The notes beneath the pieces were generated by a model, which was given only the letters and a program-made list of their open reading frames with translations, ran no database searches and had not been told where the DNA came from. From Octopus vulgaris (Eukaryota), in assembly GCA_951406725.2 (NCBI GenBank), contig OX597815.1, forward strand, positions 170,624,001 through 170,688,000: a stretch of 64,000 nucleotides of DNA. The letters are read 5' to 3'. Below, one piece after another: positions 55,628 through 64,000 of the stretch; positions within the stretch are counted from its first letter, which is position 1, and every line of letters begins with the position of its first letter. Both the position numbers and the translations under genes were made by a program.

Positions 55628-55676
<49 letters not shown>

Positions 55677-55740
55677 TGCTTGGAATCGAACTCGGAATCT
55701 TGAGGTTAGTAGGCCGCACACTTAACCACTACGTCACATG

Positions 55741-56296
55741 CCAGTGGGCCCCACGAGCATAATTCAGGAAGTAATTATGACCTGCACACGGGATCCCGAA
55801 TGGCCTCCGCAGGTAGCTGTGGAGGTCATAACGTTGCACGTGTTGCAAAGGCTTAAGAAGCTCAATGAGGAATATCGCTTGTAGTCGGGCGGCCCCGACA
55901 CGCCATCCGCTTTGAGCTTGAGTGAGGCGTGGAAAATGGCGGGGTACGGGGTCACAAGCGATACTGAAGAGGACTATGGGTAAGAGGTTGGAAAGCCTCG
56001 ATATTGTGAACTCATAAGAGGTTTGAAACCTCATTCTGTTTTTAACCAAGGTACGAGGCGAAGTGCCTCAGTTTTGTGTTTTAATTATCAATTATGAACA
56101 ATTGTAAGAGTTTTATTGCATCATGTATGATAAATAAGAGAACAATGTTTTCGGGAAACAACAATCGGCGGGCATTGTCTGTTTCCCCCATTAATCATCC
56201 TTTTCGTTTTTCATCTCATATAACATTATATCTGTGTCCAGCCCACAGATTACTTCTTTTTCTATGTAAAGCCATTATAGCTAATTTAATGAAATA
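55741..56296 (+). mobile_element. 3' fragment of a second, diverged ORF1-only retroelement
   Basis: Frame from 55741: ...TRDPEWPPQVAVEVITLHVLQRLKKLNEEYRL*...LSLSEAWKMAGYG...* (stop 55981-55983), homologous to the C-terminus at 24311-24496. 3' UTR taaataagagaacaatgttttcgggaaacaacaatcggcgggcatt...cccattaatcat...gtccagcccacag...aatgaaataaa is homologous to 24013-24170 (-). Confidence 0.82.
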
Positions 56297-56432
56297 AAGA
56301 AGCTTGCTTCCCAACCACATGGTTACGGGTTCCACAGGGTGGAAACTTGAGCAAGTGTCTTCTACTATAGAGTCGGGCTGACCAAAGCCTTGTGAGTGGA
56401 TTTGGTAGACGCCAACTCAAAGAAGCTCGTCG

Positions 56433-56490
<58 letters not shown>

Positions 56491-56680
56491 TTTGTTTGTT
56501 GTTTGTGTCTGTGTTTGTCCCCCGCCATGACTTGACAGCCGATGTTGGTGTATTTACTTCCCCGTCACCTAGCGGTTCGGCAAACAGAGAATAAATCCTG
56601 GGGTCGATTTATTCAACAAATAGTCGTGCTCCAGCATGACCGCAGTGAATTGACTGAAACAACTAAAAGCCTAAAAGAGT
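56297..56680 (+). mobile_element. Family A SINE lacking the first ~22 nt of its head
   Basis: aagaagcttgcttcccaaccacatggtt...caagtgtcttctactatag...ccttgtgagtggatttggtagacg...(TA)n(TG)n...gtgctccagcatgaccgcagtgaattgactgaaacaactaaaag. Confidence 0.88.
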
Positions 56681-57664
56681 ATTAGTTTCAGTAAGTAGAA
56701 GCTGATCGAGAGGCAGTAAGGATATATGCATAACAACATCGACAGTAAAGGTATCCAATTGATAAAAATTCTATGTTGGGAATCATGTCTAATTTAATTC
56801 TAATGAATGAGCAAGGTTTTTGATTATGTCTCTTCGTAAAATAATAATATCAAATAAAATGAAACTATAATGTTAGCACAAGCACTGGAATTTATTTTCT
56901 CTTTAACATCACTACTTTCAAAATCTGCCTTGATGGATAGATCTAGATTGACATGATTTACATATTAACGGATTCAATAAAATTAATACATGTAAGATAT
57001 TGCGATTAAATCGAATGGTTGCAAAGTAAATCTGTTTTGTATATAAAAAAACAACAAACTGTGAGCATCATGAGAGCAAGTTATCGTTAAGTGATCAGCA
57101 ATCCATAACATTCTGTTGGAATATAAATTTGTTGATAAAGTTGAGAAGTTATATCTGAAAAATTTTATATAAATAGTTTTATCGATGATTTCGTTTTCCT
57201 CTTGAATATTTTTAATTTTCTTTTGCACGTATCTATGCTTTGCAATTCCAGGTGTCAGGTGATATTGGTATAGAGATGAAAATTAAATGCGGTCGTGCTG
57301 TTCAGGCAATCGGCAATAAAGCATTTCTTTTCTCTTCGTGATACAGACAGGAAGTTGTTGACAGAAATAATACTACGAGTTCGCTTTCAAGTTACCAATA
57401 TGTGTCATAGACATTTGTTGATTTTGCAATTTGTGCATTCTGTTAAATGAATGATGAAAAATATGAATCTAAAAATACAAAAATCCCACCAAAGGAATAA
57501 GCAAATAGAAGTGGAATGTGTAAATAGTAGACTGCTATATAAGCGAGTTTCTTAATTCTTTTCTCTCAAAGCGATCAATTGCTCACGCTTTATTTTATTA
57601 GATTACACGATATAAATATACACAAATCTCTCTATTCCTTCTACTACCTATGTATTTACATATA

Positions 57665-58061
57665 CTCTTTTCCTCTTTTACTCTTTTCCTTGTTTCAGTC
57701 ATTTGACTGCGGCCATGCTGGAGCACCGCCTTTAGTCGAGCAAATCGACCCCGGAACTTATTCTTTGTAAGCCCAGTACTTATTTTATCGGCATCTTTTG
57801 CCGGACCGCTAAGTGACGGGGACGTAAACACACCAGCATCGGTTGTCAAGCAATGCTAGGGGACAAACACACACACATACATATATATATATATACATAT
57901 ATACGACAGGCTTCTTTCAGTTTCCGTCTACTAAATCCACTGGCATTGGTCGGCCCGGGGCCATAGCAGAAGACACTTGCCCAAGATGTCACGCAGTGGG
58001 ACTGAACCCGGAACCATGTGGTTGGTTAGCAGGCTACTTACCACACAGCCACTCCTGCGCC
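57665..58061 (-). mobile_element. Family A SINE, full length
   Basis: Near-identical to 42462-42915, with complete head ggcgcaggagtggctgtgtggtaagtagc. Confidence 0.92.
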
Positions 58062-58127
58062 ACATATGTATATATTCTTCTACTATCTATTCCTTCTACT
58101 ACCTATGTATTTACCTATGTATATCAG

Positions 58128-58380
58128 TGTGAAGGCTCATGGCTCAGTGTTTAGAGGGCGAGCTTACGATCGCGAGGTTGTGAGTTCGATTCCCGGACCG
58201 GGTTGCGTGTTGTGTTCATGAGCAAGAAACTTTATTCTACGTTCCTCCAGTTCACTCAGCTGCAGAAATGAGTTGTGACATCACTGGTGCCCAGCTGTAT
58301 CGGCCTTTGCCTTTTCCTTGGATAAAATTGGTGGTGTGGCGAGGGGAGGCTGGTATGCATGGGTGACTCTTGGTCATCTA
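58128..58380 (+). mobile_element. Third tRNA-derived SINE family (with core-like domain)
   Basis: A box tggctcagtgtttag, B box gagttcgattcc, then gttgtgttcatgagcaagaaactttattc...ccagttcactcagctgcagaaatgagt. Confidence 0.75.
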
Positions 58381-58384
58381 TAAA

Positions 58385-58985
58385 ACCAATCCTAGGTTTA
58401 CGTTCCTGCATCACTATCCCTTCTGTGTATCAGGTATTTGGTTAATGTTTCCTGTTCCTAGATTGCAAACGTATACTCTTCAAAGTGAGAAGTAGTAATA
58501 CGGTTATGAGTACATGATAGACTGCTTTGATGATCAATGCTACTATTATTTCGGAGTTTTCTACCAACATATCCACGAATAGTCTTCTGCTCATATATGC
58601 TCATCCTTTCATTTGATGATACGTACGACTTCTTTGGGCATGTATTTAAGGTTATCAGACAAGGAATGCTGCTCAAGCATCTGCCTTCCAAGTCTTGTGA
58701 TATTATCAGCTACATTAATGCAAACTTGGTCAAAGGATGCACTTCGACACTTCGTAGTTAAAAGATGTTGCCGAATGGATATGATAGATATTCAAAGGCA
58801 TTTTGGATTGATGTCAAGCCTCTGTCGCCTTGTTTTTGATTTAGGTAGAGGCGGTTTACATCACTGTTTATGTGGAAATTATGTGTGCTTGTTAGTATTT
58901 TCCGGGTTTTCACATCAATAGCTCGGATCTCAACAAGCGTCCAGTGAATCAGCCCAAATGTTGGCATGAGTACTGGCATTGCAAG
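58385..58985 (-). pseudogene. R4/Dong-clade LINE fragment (post-RT region)
   Basis: [56 protein letters not shown] matches the R4-type A.PV..YSFG.I.W...E....D.KTRK.LT......H..SDVDRLY..R..GGRGL pattern. Confidence 0.85.
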
Positions 58986-60299
58986 AAAATTGTATGTATG
59001 TATGCATGTATGTATGTATGTATGTATGTATGCATGTATGTATGTATGTATGTATGTATGTATGTATGTATTTATACACACACACACACACACAAATATT
59101 ACAATACGGTTCCAAGTTTATTACATATCTTTTCAGGAACTTTTTTTATAATTCTGAATGCGCTTCTTACGAACATTTATGAAAGAGTAATGTGCCTTAT
59201 TCCTTAACCAACGTTTCCAGGCGTTTACAGTCTCGTCTTCAGTTTGAAGTAATGCTGGTATGCATATCTCTAAAGATTATACAAATCTCACGTTACCGCC
59301 GGAATTCGCGTACTTAAATTTCCAGATTGATGCAACGACTACAAAACGTTTATTAGACCTCAATGCATTTATTTTACAATTGCGTTGTGCTCTGCTTATA
59401 ATTTCCATCATTGTTGTATATCTTATTAGAGATTTTGTGCGGCTTAAATTCATAGACCATTAATACTTTTCATACTTAGTTTTATTTTGTGTACTGTAAT
59501 GAATTGCGATGTTGTAAGTCTATGGTGAGCTGACTGAAGAGTGTCGTACCTGAATGTTGAAAATAACAAAATTATGTCGCCTACGACTTCCATGTTCGGA
59601 ATCGAATTTATAAATTACATGGATCATTAGTTGCGTGTTTGTACATTTACATGATTGTTGGTGGTTATTAGTAAAAAGGATTGTAATTTACTGTTACTTT
59701 TCATACATAATTTAGTGTTTTTTTTTATACATAGTTGTTCAGATAGGGAGCAGCAGGAGATACATTACACCATCGGTACAGATATATACGTGCAGTAAGA
59801 CGGAGGCAGACGATAACCACATAAACAGAAAATGGCCGTAGTAAAGCCACTAAATGGAAGAACTTTCCCCTCAGTAAATGGAAGAATGAAATTAAATGTT
59901 TGTCTTTTAAATTACACTAAATAATTTAACGTTTTCTAACAAACTCATACACAGAGCTGTAGAATAATAATTAAGTTATTAAGAACATACAATCAGTCAT
60001 AAAAATGCATTACATAAATGTATTCTAATTATAGGTTAGATAAATTGCATAAACCAAATATCGTAAAATAAGACATCTCAGCGACAATAATATATACAAA
60101 CTCTAAGGTTAAATAAATTGAAAATATGTAAAGCCGTGACAAGCTACTGGTGACAAATATTGCTCATAATTAAGTTTGAAAACCTAGAATTTCTAATTTT
60201 CATGGGTCGAATTGTTTCATTGGTCTTACAAAAACAAGATAATCATAGTATCTCACCATGCATGGTGAGGCGGTGGAACAGTGTCCTCATATATACAAT

Positions 60300-61190
60300 G
60301 AGACTTTGCAATGCACTACACATCAAAAACTAAATGGAATACAAAGTCATTAGTGGACAACACATTTGTACCCGTCACAGTTCTTAATAAAACTAGACAA
60401 TTATTATTGGAAACAATTCTCACAACACAATACAACACTAAGGTAAATACGTACAAAACATAACGCTAGACACGAAGATAAAATAAAACGCCAAACTTGT
60501 GACGTTTATCTGAATGCCAATTCCGTCGCAAATCAGCAACATTACCTCATCCTGCACATTAGGCAACGGATGTCTAGAAACCCTGAAGGGGTATTTACGA
60601 ATCTTACTCTTCCAAAATTCAAATAAATACTGCAAAAATCTGAATGATTTTGAAAAATATAAAAGAGGTAACGCTAAAAAGAATTGGCTTTAGTGCATAG
60701 ACTGCTTTCTATACACTCTCTACAAAAATATCTGTGCTTCATGTTGAAATTAATTGTCGTTACGCAAGTTAACTATAGGCATGTTAGGGGTTCCACATTG
60801 AATATCTTTAAGAAATGCTATAATATGAACAAAAATACCCTTTCTAACAAATAATGAGAAAATTAACATCACTAAAGGAATAAATATGGAGTTTAAAGAC
60901 AAAGGCCACAGATTGGAAATTGCAATGGAATATTGTGTCCAAAGGTCAAGTATATAATTTTAACTGAAAAAAAACATAGCCTTTGCACAATCGAAGCATT
61001 ATGAATAATACTAGTGGATAATAACTTAATCCAAGGATTAAAGGATAATCTCATGTCTGAATAGAATTTGCACAAATTTTGAATTCTATTCAAAAAAATT
61101 TGATTAAAATCGATGTTAAAAACAGCTACCAAACTACATGGCATCTTTCTTCAGAACTAGAAAATTATGGGAATTAACACCGTAACCATA
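60300..61190 (-). pseudogene. Highly decayed L1/Tx1-type RT remnant
   Basis: ...VFNIDFNQIFLNR...FNPWIKLL...ASIVQRLCFFS.. and LFEFWKSK...RHPLP resemble L1/Tx1 D..KAFDR, F..WIK.LY and LF.FLW..K motifs. Confidence 0.4.
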
Positions 61191-61414
61191 CATCAAAAAT
61201 AATGTAACGCTTTTCAAGTGAAACGATTATGTCTCCTATTATTGATAATATCAGCTTTTTTCTCTATATAGCGTCAATATACGTTTTGTGTATAAAAACG
61301 TCTAGGTGTACTGGTGTGTGGCTGAGTGTCTATGTGTCTAAGAATGTGTATCTGTACGTATATACTTCAATTACACACACACACAATCACACATACTCAC
61401 ACACGCATACATAC

Positions 61415-61496
<82 letters not shown>

Positions 61497-61577
61497 TGTA
61501 TGTATGTATATACTGAATATGTAAACGTTGTACGTGTATATATATTTGGATAATATGTATATGTATATATATGCGTA

Positions 61578-61625
<48 letters not shown>

Positions 61626-61984
61626 AGAGGTGGGATGAAATGTCCAGGCACATATCGAATTAGTAAGACCTAGCATCTCAATAATAGCACTATTAAAGTG
61701 TATTACACTGAAATGACAAGAGAAAAGTGAATAAATATGTGCTAGTAAGCACACAATCTAATTAATTTAAACCGATGAAAATAACATTAAACGTGTGTTC
61801 ATTATTTTGCCTGTCTGTGTTTAAGTATTTATGTGTGGAGATATCTGCACGCATGAGTCTGTGTATACCTGTCTGTGTTCAAGTGTATAAGTGTATCAAA
61901 TATCTGTATGCATCTCTCTGTGCATAAGTATATATGTGTATATCCACCACACCCTCATATATATAAAGCGACTGAGAAGGCTAG

Positions 61985-62479
61985 TCAGCACCAGTACAGC
62001 TAGAAATAAGAGTCAAGGCAACTCATAGCCACAATAAGCACCATCTAATTGACTGTCAAGGGAGGCATGCTCTCGAATCATCGAGCATTGCCAGATCACT
62101 AGTGATACCGCATTTATATTAATACTTGTCAGTGGCTCTCACCGGTGCCTTTAGTTAAACTCAACTCGCCTAGTAAGCTGATAGGGTCACCGTAGAAATT
62201 ATACGCTGATTTCATAAATGGCAAAGATGTAAATTATACATAAGGGTAGCTTGTTAACAATTTTTCAACTGAGATGCAACAATATGTATATCACTAAAGC
62301 GACTGAAATCAGCGTATGATTTCTACGGTGATCTTATAAGCTAACAAGGTGAGTTGAGTTTATCCCAAGGCTCTGGTAAGAGCCATTGACGAGCATTAAT
62401 GTAAATGCGAAATCAGTGGTGATCTGGCCTTGCCCGGTGCTTAGAGAGCTTACCTTATTTCAAGCAATACTGGTGCTGA
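61985..62479. repeat. Long imperfect inverted repeat (hairpin)
   Basis: Arms 62063-62214 and 62304-62455 (152 bp each, ungapped, about 81% Watson-Crick by manual count); outer pair tcagcaccagta...gaaataag and cttatttc...tactggtgctga. Confidence 0.92.
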
Positions 62480-63253
62480 ATAAAGCTTTAGTGGCGTATA
62501 TTCTTTTTTGCCTCTCGGTAAAATAATTGCTAACAAACTACCCTTACAGTATATGTATACGTTTAATAGGGCTACTATAAACAGCAATGGCACCAATACG
62601 GTTCCCTGGGTATTGCCACGATGAATTTATGTTTTCCTCAGACAGGGCACCATTTGCTCAACTGGCTGACTTCTATCATTTAGGAAGTAATACAGCTAAT
62701 TCCACAGTTTACCAGCTTTCCAAGGCTTTGCAGGTTTTGACATATCCTGCCACGACCCACCTTATCAAATGCCTTTGCGGCGTCAAGATATATCTAATCA
62801 ACATTTAAATGGCCAAATAGTTGCTTCAAAGCCAGTCATAATGCAGTGAAAGCTGGGTTAGGCTTCTTCACCCTGGACAGAAGCCATGCTGCGTATCGAT
62901 AAATAGGACCATTATCAGTTTCTTTGTAACAATTCGTTCCATAACTTTTACTGACATTTCAATTCAGAAAGATTGGCGTGTAGCTTTTAATTTGAATATG
63001 CAAAAAACTATAGCAGCACACATCTTTTTAGCTATGGAATAGCTAATTTCTATGACAGAAAATTGTACAGTTTATGGTAATGCAGGTATATCTATTAACT
63101 ACACACACAAGTTATCTGTTTAATTTTAATTTCTCTTATTCCTTTCTATTGAAGAGCGTGGGCTCGAAACGTAAATGACCTCCATTTCACCCGAGCGTCA
63201 AACCGATACACTTGCTTGTTGTCCATACACCTGTCTTCGTGTCTTCATCTTTT

Positions 63254-63308
<55 letters not shown>

Positions 63309-63325
63309 CACATATGTTTCCGTAT

Positions 63326-63406
<81 letters not shown>

Positions 63407-63588
63407 ATATATATATGTATATATATACATGTATATATATATATGTATATATGTATGTATATATGTACGTTGCAATGGATCGAACATAGACAAACCAACC
63501 CAATCCATATATAAGTGTTTATGTGTGTGTACCCGTATGTACATGTATATATGTAAATGCATGTATTTATGTCTATTTATGCATCGTC

Positions 63589-63636
<48 letters not shown>

Positions 63637-64000
63637 AACGCATATTTATTTGCGTGCATATATTATCGCACGCGCTTATATTTCGTGTTTTCTATCTATG
63701 TCACCGTGCACCCATGTGAAAGCTGAAAGCAACGTCCGTGCAGTAATAAAGTATTAGATACGTGCCATATCAATTTTAGTTTCCCATGTATAATAATACG
63801 CGTACATTTTAGAACCTTTATTTTCAAACGGAATAGATAATCCGTTGGATACACTCAACACGTCTGTTGAAGGATGAGATAAATTATATATAGTGAAATA
63901 ACAAAATGGTATAATGAGAAGTTTTCAATGTAATTTTCATAAGTAACGATTTATATCCATTGCTGTGAAAAGAAGGTGTGATCACAAGTATGTCGAATAG

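Larger units (their letters stand above)
55265..55742 (-). mobile_element. tRNA-headed short element with (TAA)n linker and hammerhead ribozyme
   Basis: Head 55742-55676 (tgacgtagtggttaag...gagttcgattccaagcag), then (TAA)n, then a tail homologous to 34357-34465. Confidence 0.75.

Overview
AT-rich, microsatellite-dense animal genomic DNA, most likely octopus/coleoid cephalopod (inferred from the tRNA-derived SINE families). I can support no host protein-coding exon; the window is a transposable-element landscape. Main content: (1) a full-length, recently disabled CR1-group LINE (43450-48764, +) with a 9-bp TSD and an unusual ORF1 (Myb/SANT-like domain plus CCCH finger), whose 3' stem-loop tail is shared with the commonest SINE; (2) a 2.0-kb ORF1-only (HAL1-like, L1/Tx1-type gag) retroelement (24013-26037, -) and a 3' fragment of a diverged relative (55741-56296, +), both ending at the same nucleotide in the tRNA-derived head of that SINE, which suggests a SINE/tRNA-targeting retroelement family; (3) a Penelope GIY-YIG remnant followed by a tRNA-like head, with a second copy of that unit carrying a minimal hammerhead ribozyme, plus other dispersed hammerhead motifs; (4) an ungapped 152-bp-arm imperfect hairpin at 62.0-62.5 kb; (5) decayed R4/Dong, RTE, CR1 and Tx1 LINE fragments, three mariner deletion derivatives, many SINEs and microsatellites. 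All alignments were done by eye.
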